Below are positions 24,715-40,229 of a DNA stretch of 64,000 nucleotides, in pieces. Source of the stretch: Neocallimastix sp. 'constans' (taxonomy: Eukaryota); assembly GCA_050613775.1 (NCBI GenBank), contig JBODTK010000013.1:930001-994000 (forward strand), given 5' to 3'. The position numbers and the translations under genes are program-made. The notes under the pieces were generated by a model. The model ran no database searches. It was not told the origin of the DNA and saw only the letters and a program-made list of their open reading frames with translations. Each line of letters begins with the position of its first letter. Within the stretch, counting starts at the first letter, position 1.

Positions 24715-26035
24715 TTTTATTTTATTCAATCTGTACTTTCTTATTTAATATCTACTTTTTATTTTATTTTATTTTATTTTATTTTATTTTATTTTATTTT
24801 ATTTTATTTTATTTTATTTTATTTTATTTTATTTTATTTTATATAATCTGTACTTTATTATTTAATATTCTACTTTTTATTTTATTTTATTTTATTTTTA
24901 TTAATACTTGTATTTTTATTATAATTCAAATAATTTTTTTATTTTATTTTATTTTATTTTATTTTATTTTATTTTATTCAATCTGTATTTCATATTTATA
25001 TTTCAACTATTTATTTTATTTTATTTTATTTTATTTTATTCAATCTGTACTTTATATTTATATTTCAACTATTTATTTTATTTTATTCAATCTGTACTTC
25101 ATATTTATATTTCAACTATTAATTTTATTTTATTCAATCTGTACTTCATATTTATATATCAACTATTTATTTTATTTTTATTTTATTTCATTTTATTTTA
25201 TTCAATCTGTACTTCATATTTATATTTCAACTATTTATTTTATTTTATTTTATTTTATTTTATTTTATTTTATTTTATTTTATTCAATCTGTACTTCATA
25301 TTTATATTTCAACTATTTATTTTATTTTATTCATTCTGTACTTCATATTTATATTACAACTATATATTTTATTTTATTCAATCTGTACTTTATATTTATA
25401 TTTCAACTATTTATTTTATTTTATTCATTCTGTACTTCATATTTATATTTCAACTATTTATATTATTTTTATTTTATTTTATTTTATTTTATTTTATTTT
25501 ATTTTATTTTATTTTATTTTATTTTATTTTATTTTATTTTATTTTATTTTATTTTATTTTATTTTATTTTATTTTATTTTATTTTATTTTATTTTATTCA
25601 ATCTGTACTTCATATTTTTATTTCAACTATTTATTTTATTTTATTTTATTCATTCTGTACTTCATATTTATATTTTAACTATTTATATTATTTTTATTTT
25701 ATTTTATTTTATTTTATTTTATTTTATTTTATTTTATTTTATTTTATTTTATTTTATTCAATCTGTACTTCATATTTTTATTTCAACTATTTATTTATTT
25801 CATTTTATTCATTCTGTACTTCATATTTATATTTCAACTATTTATTTTATTTTATTTTATTCATTCTGTACTTCATATTTATATTTCAACTATTTATATT
25901 ATTTTTATTTTATTTTATTTTATTTTATTTTATTTTATTCAATCTGTACTTCATATTTTTATTTCAACTATTTATTTTATTTCATTTTATTCATTCTGTA
26001 CTTCATATTTATATTTCAACTATTTATTTTATTTT
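24715..26035. repeat. Tandem array inside MULE-1: ~36-bp core separated by variable (TTTTA)n tracts
   Basis: About 18 copies of TTCA(A/T)TCTGTACTTCATATTTATATTTCAACTATTTA, counted by eye. Confidence 0.92.
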
Positions 26036-26901
26036 ATTTTATTTTATATACTTGTACTTCTATATTATTACATTCTATATTTTTTTCATTTTATTTTTAA
26101 ATATTCTTTTTAAAATTCTTATTTCCTTTTTAATATTTTTTTATCTTATATTTTAAATAAATTTTATATAATACAAAAATCTTTTTTACTCAGGAGCATT
26201 ATATTTAACTTGATAAGGAAAGATTATTTGAAAATTTAATTATAAATATTAAATTAAAACTTTTTTTTAGTAATAGTAATAATAACAATAACATTTTTAA
26301 ACATAAATTTCTATTAAATAATAAATAAATTATTTTAGATATTTATATTATACAAATCTAATAAACTAACAAAAAGAGCATTACTATTTTTACAAATAGT
26401 AAAGTTTTTTTAGAAAGCCTGATAGAAATAATTTAAAATATTAATTATTTTCTTTTATAAGTATTATAATACTTAAATATCATTATATATATTTAAAATG
26501 TATATTTGAATATTTATTAAAAATATGAAATATACATTAAATATATTTTTAAAAAATATATTAATTTAATAATTGGTTTATTTTATAAAAATTATTTATT
26601 TATTTATTAATTTACTACAATATAAAATAAAAATAATGCGAAATGCAATACATTCATATTTATAATATTTTATAATACTAATATATAATAATAAAGACAT
26701 CTTTTAATTTTATTTAATAATATTTAATAAAGTAAAAAATATTTAAAATAAATTTATAAAAAAATTTTTTTTTTAATATTTTTAAGCTAACCCTATCAAT
26801 AAATATTAAATAAATTGCAATATTGAATTTCTTATTAAATAAAAAAATTTAATTTTCAATTAATTGTAATTATGATTTTGAAAGGATTTTAATAATTATT
26901 T

Positions 26902-28363
26902 TTATTTTGTTTTATTAAAATTAATGATTTCATTATTCAATCTAATTAAACAATTAAACCAATTTTCGATGATATCATTTTTACTACATCCAATATTTTT
27001 TAATTCGGCTTCCATATTTTTATAATATTCAACTAAAATATTAATGTCATAGACCCTTTCTGATATTCTGCTCTTTTTTCTCCAAATTCCTTTAATTCTC
27101 ATATGGTAATCATAGTAAGATTTGGATTCTTCAAATTGTATTGTATATATTAATTTATAAAATGAAGGCTTTTTTACAAATAATTTTTTTAAATAACTGT
27201 TATAAGATTCTGAAGCATTATTTGTTATGTGGTCTATATTATTGTAATAATTCCAATATTTTATATTATAGATATTTAGAAATGTTTTCTCAAAATAATC
27301 TAAAAAATTCAAAAATTGGGAACAGGTAGATTTATATCTCATGCATGTATTTTTAATTTTATTAAAAATATCAGGTATGTATTCAATATTAATAAAACAT
27401 AAATTAGAAATCGCTTTATAATAAGTATTTAAAATATTATGATCTTTCACTTCCTTGTAACATAATTTATCTTTTTTTGTCATTAATAATCTTTTATAAT
27501 GCCAAAAACAATATTTAATATTTATATTGGGAAAAATATTTTCCACTGCATTAGATATTCCTTTTTCAAAATCACAATGAAAAATTTTTTCTGAGAAATT
27601 AATATTTGAATTATATTTAATTATATTTAATTATATTTTTTTTTATTTCATTAAATAATATTTCGTAAGTTGTTTGTTCTTTGTTTTTTAATATTGACAT
27701 GGAAGTAGTGTAAAAACAATTTAATTCTGTAGCATAAGTTCTGGTAATGAATACTTGATAACTATTAGTTGGAGCTATTAAAAATGTACCATCAGCAAAT
27801 ATATGTTTATTCTTCATAAATAATTTTGCTTGGAATGGTGATTGAAAAATTATTATATTAGAATTTTTGAATATCATAAAGTATTCACCTCTTATTGTTT
27901 TATAATATTCAGATACATTAGGAACTTCATCAAATGTTTTTACATTAGGAAATAATTGTTTGTTTTTATATCTTGTTATTTGGGATTTAATTGTTTTATA
28001 TTCAGGGCATATATATCCTATTTCTTGAGAAATTTTATCATATATGCGTTTTGATTTTATATCAGAAGGAATCAAACTTTTTTTTATTTCATCTTTAATT
28101 TTATGTTTTATTAATGATTTGGATGCATTAATTTCATTACCAGGATGATTATGTGAAGAATCATAATTTAAAACCTCTTTATTATCATTTAAAATAATAA
28201 AAGACTTACATTTATTTAATGTTTTATATTCTGTACATCTATATATTTTTGTATTATCTTTTTTTAATTTTGAAAAATTATATTTAAATTTTCGATCTAT
28301 AATTATTTGCTCTTTTCCTCGATTTGTTTCACTTATATCAATTTTTAGATTTCCCTCCATCAA
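26902..28363 (-). pseudogene. MULE transposase (FLYWCH-like Zn finger + DDE), frameshifted
   Basis: YRC..C..HNH finger, FADGTF, FHCDFEK, YCFWH and TNNASESYN. Removing one copy of the 10-bp tandem duplication TTATATTTAA (27611-27630) restores a single frame. Confidence 0.92.
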
Positions 28364-29337
28364 AATTTTTAATATAAATATTAATAAATATGAAATATTT
28401 ATTTTTTATTTTTTATTTAATATGTATTTTCAATTTTTTTAAAAATTAGAGTTATAAATATAAATAAATATGAAAATATTTTATTTTATTTCAAGAAAAT
28501 TACTAAAAAAATATTTATCTCTTTTTTTTTTTATTTTATTTTTTCATTATAAAATAAAATATTTATTTAATTATTATTTATTTATATAATAAAAAATTAC
28601 AGTTATAAACATAAATAAATATGAAAATATTTTATTTTATTTCAAGAAAATTACTAATAAAATATTTTATTTCAAGAAAATTACTAAAAAAATATTTATC
28701 TTTTCTTTTTTTTATTTTATTTTTTTATTATAAAATAAAATATTTATTTAATTATTATTTATTTATTTATTTATATAATAAAAAATTACAGCTATAAATA
28801 TAAATAAAAATGAAAATATTTTATTTTATTTTTTTTGTATTTTATTTTTTTAATCTTTTTTATTTTTTTTATTTTTTTTTTATTTTTAATTTTTTTTATT
28901 TTTTTTATTTTTTTATTTTTTTTATTTTTTTATTTTTTTATTTTTTTATTTTTTATTATCAAATATATATTAAATTATGAAATTATTATAAAATAAAATA
29001 TTTATTTAATTATTATTTAATTATTTATTTATATAAAAAAATTTATATATAATACGCCATCTCAAAAACATGTGGCTTATATCTATTCACGTGCGGTTCC
29101 GAAACGCGCTCTCCCCATAAAAAATTACTATTCAAGCAATTTAATGTTTTATTTAATGTCTTAAATATCTAAAACCTTATTGATTATTAACTTATTTGCA
29201 TTTATTTTATATTATAATTACTTATTTATTATCATTACAATTATTTTATTTATTATTATTTTTTTTTATATAATTATTTTGTTTATTATTATTATTTTTA
29301 TAATTATTTTATTTATTTATGTATTAAATTCTATTAA

Positions 29338-29366
29338 CGCCACATCTTCCGAAATGCACCAAATTC
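29338..29366 (-). mobile_element. Orphan MULE terminal inverted repeat
   Basis: Reverse complement GAATTTGGTGCATTTCGGAAGATGTGGCG resembles the MULE-2 left end (GAATGTGGTCCATTTCG) and the MULE-1 left end (GGTGCGTTTCGGAATGTGGC). No matching TSD partner found. Confidence 0.6.
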
Positions 29367-30084
29367 ATCATATTATGGTATTTATTTTATAACTTTAAAC
29401 CAAAAAAATATATTATATAAATTATAATTTTTTATTTGTAATAATTGTAAATAATAACAGTAATAACAGCAACAACAACAATAATAATAAATAATACTAA
29501 TAAATAAAGAAAGAAAGAAAGAAATAAAAGAATTCAATAAAACGAAATAATAATTTTATATATAAAATATTAAAATATTAGAAATATAATTTTTTTTTTT
29601 TTTTTTTTTTTTTTGATAGTATTTTTTTTTTTAAAAAATATATATATATATTATATATATATATTATCAATTTATTATTATTATTATTATTATTATTTTA
29701 CAATATATATTATAATATTTTCAATTTTAATTATGATTTTTTATTTTTAAATAACTGTACTAAGAAAAACTATTTGAATAAAAATTTTTTTAAAAAATAC
29801 ATTTTATATATATTTATAAAAAATGTTTTTTTTTTTTTATTTCAATGATACAATGACTATCAACTAATAAATATTTACTATACATAATTTATTTTGATTA
29901 AAAATTAAAATAAATAATTGATAGAAGAAAATAATACCAAAAGCACATATACTAGTAATAAAAAACTATTAGACAAAGAAATAAAAAAAAATTAGAATTA
30001 GAAGCTTTACTAAGCTTTACAATGAACATGTGAATATTATTAATTTAATGTAATAAAGTTTTTTATAATAAAATTAAAATATAA

Positions 30085-30115
<31 letters not shown>

Positions 30116-30338
30116 AAATTTATTAATCTAATAAACCTATTCAATTTCAAAGATATTAAGTTTTTGAATTTTTTTTTTAATTTCAATAATCCTTATTTTT
30201 TCTTATTTTATATATGTATATATATATATATAAAGGCAGTGAAAAAAATATATTATTTGAAATTTATTAATACTATTATCATTAATAAAAAAAAAAAAAA
30301 AATTTTAAGAATTGTAAATTGATTTTTAGTTTAATCTC

Positions 30339-30593
<255 letters not shown>

Positions 30594-31292
30594 TAACAAA
30601 ATATGGAGTCTTAAATTAGTACTTTTTTTTTTTTTTTTTTTTTTGTCGTTTTTGTATTATAATTATTTGTAAATTAATTAAGTCTATTGTAATAAAGATT
30701 TTCAATTGACAATATAGTAACAACACAAAGGTTATAATAATAATATATACACGAATTTTAATAAACATTTTTATAGTTTTATTAATAAAAAAAATTTAAT
30801 TTTTAATAAAATCAAAAAACTAAAATTGAATCATCATATTATATAGAAATTAAACTTCATATGGGTATTATTAATAACTTTAATATTATTTATTTTTATT
30901 ATGAAATCAAAGAATTTTGTTTTGTTTTTTGTTTTTTTGTTTTTTTTTTTTTTTTTTAAAAAAAATAAGCTTTTAAAGAAAATTAAAAAAAGAAAAAATA
31001 TATTTTATATTAAATTATTATAAAGAATAAATATTTTACAATTTAAACGAATCGATATATAAGTATATATAAATATTTAAGTTTCTTAATTCAAACTTTA
31101 TCAAAGTTATAAAAAAAAACATACAAAATATAAAATTGTCTTTTAATAAATATTTTTGTTTTTCACTTTTATTGAATAAAATATTCATTGTCTGTATCTG
31201 TTGAGTGAATTAATAAATCTTGTGTATTATATATAAATATATACGAAAATTATTCATTCTTTAATTATATATATAAATAAAAAAAAAAAAAA

Positions 31293-33807
<2,515 letters not shown>

Positions 33808-33858
33808 GATAATGTTTTGTGCTATTCACATAATAATTATAAATAATGATTTAACCTC

Positions 33859-33899
<41 letters not shown>

Positions 33900-34473
33900 A
33901 AAAATAAAAAATATCTTAATTCACATAATAATAATAATATATATAATAGTAATAAAATAAAAGACTATTTTTAAGCTTTTTTATTTTATTTTATTTTATT
34001 TTTAATAGTATCTTTATTTTTTTTTTTTTTTTATTTTTTTATTTTATTATTTATTTTTTCAATAAGCTTTATAAATTAATTATATAATATAACCAATATT
34101 AACCAAATAAAAAAATAAATATTAATAAAAAAAGAAAAAAAAAAAAAACTAAATAATTAATTAAATAAATAGTAAAACCAAATAAAAAAAAAATTAAATA
34201 TAAAATAAAATATAAGATAAAACTAAAATGATATGTGTTAAGCAAATTATTATACTAAAATATAGATTAAAATATAGAAATATAATATGTAATATATATA
34301 TATATAATAAGAAATTAACATTATAATTTAATTAAAATAATAATAATAATTAAAAAAAAAAAAAAAAAAAAAAGGAATATCTGAAAATTATAAGCTTTTT
34401 CTTTTGTTATTATGATTAAGAAAAAAAAAAAGTTAAAAAATCCAAAATATTTGTTTATCCTATTTAAGGTTAT

Positions 34474-34627
34474 TTTTTTTTTTTTTTATTTTTTATTTTT
34501 TTTTTTTTTTTATAGACTGAAGACTTTGGTCTTCCCCATATAGTAATATGGATGTATGATTAACTGCCATACCAGTACGGCGTCGGCGCTCTCAACTCCC
34601 CATAAGCAAAGAAACTCCATATAGAAG
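34474..34627 (-). mobile_element. Short retroposed insert (SINE or 5'-truncated LINE 3' end) with poly(A) tail
   Basis: 14-bp TSD CTATTTAAGGTTAT (34460-34473 and 34628-34641), ~38-nt T-rich tract at the left end, and hairpins GAAGAC-TTTG-GTCTTC and CCATAT-AGTA-ATATGG. Confidence 0.85.
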
Positions 34628-35330
34628 CTATTTAAGGTTATGTTTTTGCTAGATACAATATTAAAAAAATACAATATTTGAATATAAATATATATATTTT
34701 TGAAATTTTTATTATTAAAATTTTAAACTGTAAATTGAATATAAAAAAATATATATATATATTTTATTATTATTATTATTAATTGGACATAATATATATA
34801 GTGTTTTAAAAATGTATAAACCATTTTTTTTAAATAATATTTTAAAATAATTTATAGCCACAAGAATTAATTTTTTAATTATTCAATAATAAATAATTTA
34901 ATATTATTTAATAATCATTTGCCATATCTAAAATTTTAATTATTAAAATATATTGATATGTGGCACAATGTTTAATTTGGTTTAAATTTTATTGGAAATC
35001 CTATCTTATAATTAAATCATTCTGTAGAAATTAATATTAGTTTAAAAATAATAAAATCAACATTTCCAGAAAGCTAGAATCATTTTGATTACTCAAGTTC
35101 TTCTGCCATCTTCTCAAAGGTAGAATGGAATGTAACAATATATATATATATATATATAGCAATTGAGTATATATATTTATATTGTCATCATATAATTATT
35201 AATCTAAGAAAAATAAAATGAATTTATATTCATTAATGATAGAAGAATTTTTATGGAAGGTATTGATTATAACACTACTAACCGTTTATTAAAAGAAGAT
35301 TCTTGAGCATGCTTCCCAGTAAGTGTTAAG

Positions 35331-36863
35331 AGTCATGGATTTATGGTTTATAATTATCGATATTTTATTAAATTAATGCTTTTATATTAATAAATTGTGG
35401 CTTATGCATTATGTATAAATACAATATGTTTCAATACATTTGAAGTCTTATTTTTCATACATTTCATATATTCAAACATTCCCTCTTAAATCTAGTTATT
35501 CTAAATAAATAAATTAGTTTACTGGTGAATATATGTATATAAATTTATCCAATTTTATAATATTAACTTGATATTATTGAACTACTATCTATTTTTATTT
35601 TAAATTAACCTTTAATTTTATATGAATGAAGTAATATTAAATTAATTCATTAATTCAATTTAAATATTGCTAAAATAATTCTTAAATATATTTATAATCT
35701 AATAATTTCCCCCTAAAATTAAGTATTTAATACTTTTACACCATTAACATTAGATGTATCTAAAACATCTCATATAATATATGATTTATATATTACCATT
35801 TATATGATGGAAACCTTTCTCTTGAAGGGTGATATTATATCATCTCAATTTGTGTAAATATCTCTTAAATATTGAGTTTTACATCACTTTCAATTATAAT
35901 CCGCTTTATAGATTAGCATTAACTTTTATACATTTTCGTTTTGTAGTTTTAGCGATAACTATTAAAATAAATTGTTAATTATATATCGATGCACCTAACA
36001 AATTATAACATTTGTAGCTAATTATATTTTTCTAGCCATTTAAATTTATTAGTAAATAATGTAAATGGTTTCATAATTTATTAAGATTCAATATTTCAGT
36101 TAATTTCTTCTTGAAGGCTAAATTTCTCTAATTTTTTCTATTTAGGCTATTTTTATTCATTTCCAATAAAAAGGATGATTTTTAATACTCATCACAAAGA
36201 ATCAGTTATGTAACTTTCCTTTAATATTTTAAGTTCTATATTTTATTTTGCTTATTTTATCATATAGTAGATTCCTTTATATATAGATATATTACACTAC
36301 TAATAGACTAGAGTTTTATTTGTTAAATTGTCAAATTATGATTCCAATTAAGAGTCTCTAGTATGAAGACCTATAATTTTCTCTTATATAAGTTTAAACG
36401 TGGTTTTTCCTATTAAATTAATATTTTTATATTTTTGGAGTTTTTATTTCACTTCTAATAACTTCTTTTTATCAACTATTTTATATTTTACTCATTTCTT
36501 TAATTTTACAATTCTTATCACTTTAATTAGTCTTCCTTAAATTGACATAATGAGCAGCTTTTATCATAATTAAAAATTCCAATTAATTTTACTTTGACAT
36601 AATATTGTTTCAGGAAAACAATTCTTTTCCTATGAATTTTTTAGGATTCAGATGAGACTCTTAATCTGTTAAAAGTCTGGAATTTATGTTTAATGATAAT
36701 GTCAACTTTATTAATACATTCTATGATAAAAGAGAAACTAGCATTTAATTATTCTAAATTAAATAATATTATAATAATGCATTGTGGCTTATACATTATT
36801 TACAATAATAATATTTAATTAATCACAAACCTTATAAATAAAATTTGTAATTAAATATCTATA
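35331..36863 (-). mobile_element. Decayed LTR-retrotransposon-like remnant
   Basis: Related terminal segments at 35331-35403 and 36675-36790. Polypurine-like TAGGGGGAAA on the minus strand near 35710. Internal part is homologous to 10860-11988. Weak Copia RNase H-like fragment LTEILNLNK..KPFTLFTN. Confidence 0.4.
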
Positions 36864-37499
36864 TAATTATTCGAATGTGGTCCATTTCGCCAATTTTTTT
36901 TTTTTGAAATTTTAATAAGCCATCTATTTATTTGTGGCTTTTAAAATTTATATTAATACGCCATAAAATTTAATATAATTTTAAGTAAAAAAGAAATAAA
37001 TGTATAAATAAATAAGTAAATAAATAAATAAATAAAAATTAAAAAGGTCAATAAAAAATAAAATATTTTTATATAATTTTTTTTTTTTTTGACAATCATG
37101 TTATAAGGAAAATGATAAATAATTATTTTCTTTATAACCTTATTTTTTATATTTTATTATTAATATTTATATTATATTTTTATATTTTATATTTTATTAT
37201 TGATATTATATTTTTATATTTTTCTATTAATATTATATTTTTATATTTTTATATTTTTATATTTTATTATTAATATCAATATAATATTTTTATATTTTAT
37301 TATTAAAAAATTTTATTTTATAAATTTATATTTAAATTAATATTATTTAAAATATTAATTTTTTATATTATAACTAAAACTTTAGTTGTTATTATAACAT
37401 CTTAATAATAGAATTAAACCTTTTATTTTATATATAATTTATAAATAAAATATTAAATAATAATAAAAATTACAAAATAATATTTTTATAAGACTTAAA

Positions 37500-38066
37500 T
37501 TATAGCTGTAAATTGAAATTTCAAAAATTAAAATTTGTTGTTCGCATTTCAATTACTATTTATATATTACAGCAACCGTTTTGTAGAGATATATAAATAG
37601 GTTTTTTACACATATGAATTCACATGTCTATTCCATATTATATATATGGGCTTGTAAAGAACATATATACTTTGGTATATATATCTTATACTATATCAGT
37701 ACGACGTCGGCGCTCCAAATTCCTAAGCAGAGGTAGCTCCAGTAGACATGTCAAATAACATCCGTGTTATCCTATAGAAATTGAACTCGTAACCCTCACA
37801 GTATAAGCTATACAACTACACTAGGATGCCATGGGTGATCAAATATAGAAATTAAATACGTGGCAATCCAATAATGGTAGGAGCGGAATTAATACTTACC
37901 TGAAATTGTGCCATTATAACCCCTTTACCCTTTCTCCAAACCCTATCGGGAAAATCAGATAAAAAATAGATACCAGATGATTATTAAGTCCGCCACATAA
38001 CAACCAGAAGAAAGCCCAGTTCTACTTTATATGCTAAAAAATGCTATATATATTTGTTGTTTTAAA
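37500..38066 (-). mobile_element. Non-coding insert nested in MULE-2 with a tRNA-like segment and the 34474-type motif (candidate SINE)
   Basis: GC-richer island flanked by AAGACTTAAA (37490-37499 and 38067-38076). Minus strand 37830-37765 reads GGCATCCTAGTGTAGTTG..GAGTTCAATT (A/B-box-like). CAGTACGACGTCGGCGCTC and the CCATAT..ATATGG hairpin are shared with 34474-34627. Confidence 0.55.
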
Positions 38067-38443
38067 AAGACTTAAAAGTTAATAATTTAATTAGATTATA
38101 ATATAAATAAAATAATTAATTAATTCATAAATTCTTTATTAGTATATATTAAAAAAAATAATTAATATTAATTTAGAATAAATAAATAATTAAATTTTTT
38201 TTATATACATTAAATAAATAATTTATTTTTAAATAATAAAAATTAAAATATTTTCATATATACTTTATGTATCTGTTTTTTTTTAAAAAAAATTAAAAGA
38301 AAAAGAAATAATTAAAATACTTTTTATCTTTTAAAAAAAATTGAATATTTAATTGTTCAGAATTAATATTAAAAAATAATATTTAGATAATTAATATAAT
38401 AATTTAAAAGATATAATTAAAAACTATATATTAAAATTTATAA

Positions 38444-39867
38444 ATGGAAGAAAACATAACTATTTATATAAGTGAGTCTAATAAAGGAGAAGAACAAATC
38501 ATTATTAATAAACAATATAAATTTAATTTTTCACATTCAAGGAAAGATAATTCAAGAGTTTATAAATGTACCGAATATAAAAAAAATAATAAATGTAAAT
38601 CTTTTATTATTTTAAATAATGAGAAAGAAATCTTAAAATATGAGAGTTTACATAATCATCCTGGAAACGAATATAGTGTATCCCTATCTGTAATGAAACA
38701 TAAAATTAAAGATGAAATTAAAAAACACATTCAAATCCTTTTGATATAAAACGAAAAAGACTATATAATGAAATTTCTAAAGAAATGGGATTTATATATC
38801 CGTGTCCAGAATATATTTCAGTTAAAACTCTAATATTAAGAAGTATTAATAAAAAACTACCATCCAATGTAACAACTTTTAATGAAATTCCTAATGAATC
38901 TGAATATTATAAAACTGAACGAAATGAAGATTTTATGATATTCAAAAATTCTGATTTAGTAATTTTTCAATCCCCTTTTCAAGCAAAATTATTTAAGAAA
39001 TATAATAATGATATATTTGTGGATGGTACTTTTTATATCGCACCTAAATTTAGTCAACAAGTGTTTATTACTAGAACTTACGTTAAAGAATTGAATAGTT
39101 TTTATACTACTTCTTATGCAATATTAAGAAATAAAAAGCAAAAAACATATAAAATGTTATTCAATAAATTAAAACAAAATTCTAATAATAATATTATAAC
39201 TGAACCAAAAAATGTACATTGCGATTTTGAAAAAGGCATATCCAAAGCAGTTAAAAAAATATTTCCTAATATAAATATTAAATACTGTATTTGGCATTAT
39301 AAAAATTTATTAGAAATTAAAAAAAATGAATTGTGCCGTAATGAAGTGAACGATGATGAAAAAATATTTAATTATTACAAAGGAATTTCAAACTTACCAT
39401 TTATCAACCCTGAATACATAATGGATATTTTTTCATTAATTAAAACTAAATCCATTGAAAAAAATTCTTGTCAATTTTTAAAATTTTTAGAATATTTTTA
39501 TGAAACATATTTAATTGGTTACGATATGAAAAGTTGGAATTATTATAATAATATTGAACATATAACCAATAATGCTTCAGAATCACTCAATAATTCTTTA
39601 AATAAACTATTTCCAATGAAACCAAATTTTTATGAATTAATAAATAAATTAAAAGAACACGAACATTTATCATATTATGATTACCAAATGAAAATAAAAG
39701 GAATTTGGAGAATGAAAAAAAAAATAAAAACAAAAACTGATGAAATTAATATCTTAATTGAAAAATACAAAAATAAAGAAGCCAAGTTAATTAATATAAA
39801 ATATGATAGAAGTGATCTTTCTAAATTGTGGTTTGAATGTTTAACTAATTTAAATAATATTTTATAA
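38444..39867 (+). pseudogene. MULE transposase (FLYWCH-like Zn finger + DDE), frameshifted
   Basis: YKC..C..HNH, FVDGTF, VHCDFEK, YCIWH and TNNASESLN. Removing the extra CA in AAACACATTCA (~38726) gives KKHSNPFDIKRKRLYNEISKEMG, joining the two ORFs. Confidence 0.92.
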
Positions 39868-40229
39868 ATATTATTTAATAATAAATAATTATGAAATGAC
39901 AGAGGAATTTCCAAAAGAAAAAATCATTAAAATTCTTTCATACAAAAACTTATAATTAAATTTATTAATTAAAATTTTATAATTATTAAAAAGTTAAAAT
40001 GTTTATATACTTGATAAAATTTATGTAGTTTAAATAAATATTCTATAATTTTATTATTATAATTTATTTTATTAATAATTGTTTAAATATTTTATTAATA
40101 TTTTTTTTAAAATAAATAATCCTATATTTTTATACTTTATTATTAATATCAATAATATATTTTTATATTTTTATATTTTTATATTTTATTATTAATGTTT
40201 ATAATTAATTTTATTAATAATTGTTTAAA

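Larger units (their letters stand above)
23972..29116 (-). mobile_element. Complete Mutator-like DNA transposon (MULE-1), 5145 bp
   Basis: Perfect 9-bp TSD ATAAAAAAT (23963-23971 and 29117-29125). Imperfect TIRs GGGGGTGGTGCGTTTCGGAA vs reverse complement GGGGAGAGCGCGTTTCGGAA (16/20). Contains a MULE transposase and a tandem array. Confidence 0.92.

Noticed and set aside
24715..26035. CRISPR array (36-bp repeats with spacers)
   Set aside because: Spacers are only (TTTTA)n, there are no cas genes, and the context is eukaryotic.
24594..26156. 520-aa and 256-aa F/Y/I/L-rich ORFs
   Set aside because: Stop-free translations of the T-rich strand of the repeat array.
34514..34545. Hammerhead ribozyme core (CTGAAGA)
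   Set aside because: No correctly placed stem II-GAAA and stem III, and the homologous copy at 21183 reads CTGGAGA.
35240..35345. EGIDYNT fragment resembling the Copia RT GIDY motif
   Set aside because: Too short, with no flanking RT motifs in frame.
37765..37830. Functional tRNA gene
   Set aside because: T-stem, anticodon stem and acceptor stem pair poorly; kept only as a tRNA-like SINE segment.
37892..37902. ATACTTACCTG, identical to the U1 snRNA 5' end
   Set aside because: No U1 stem-loop I/II or Sm site follows. It is equally a consensus splice donor (CAGGTAAGTAT) on the minus strand.
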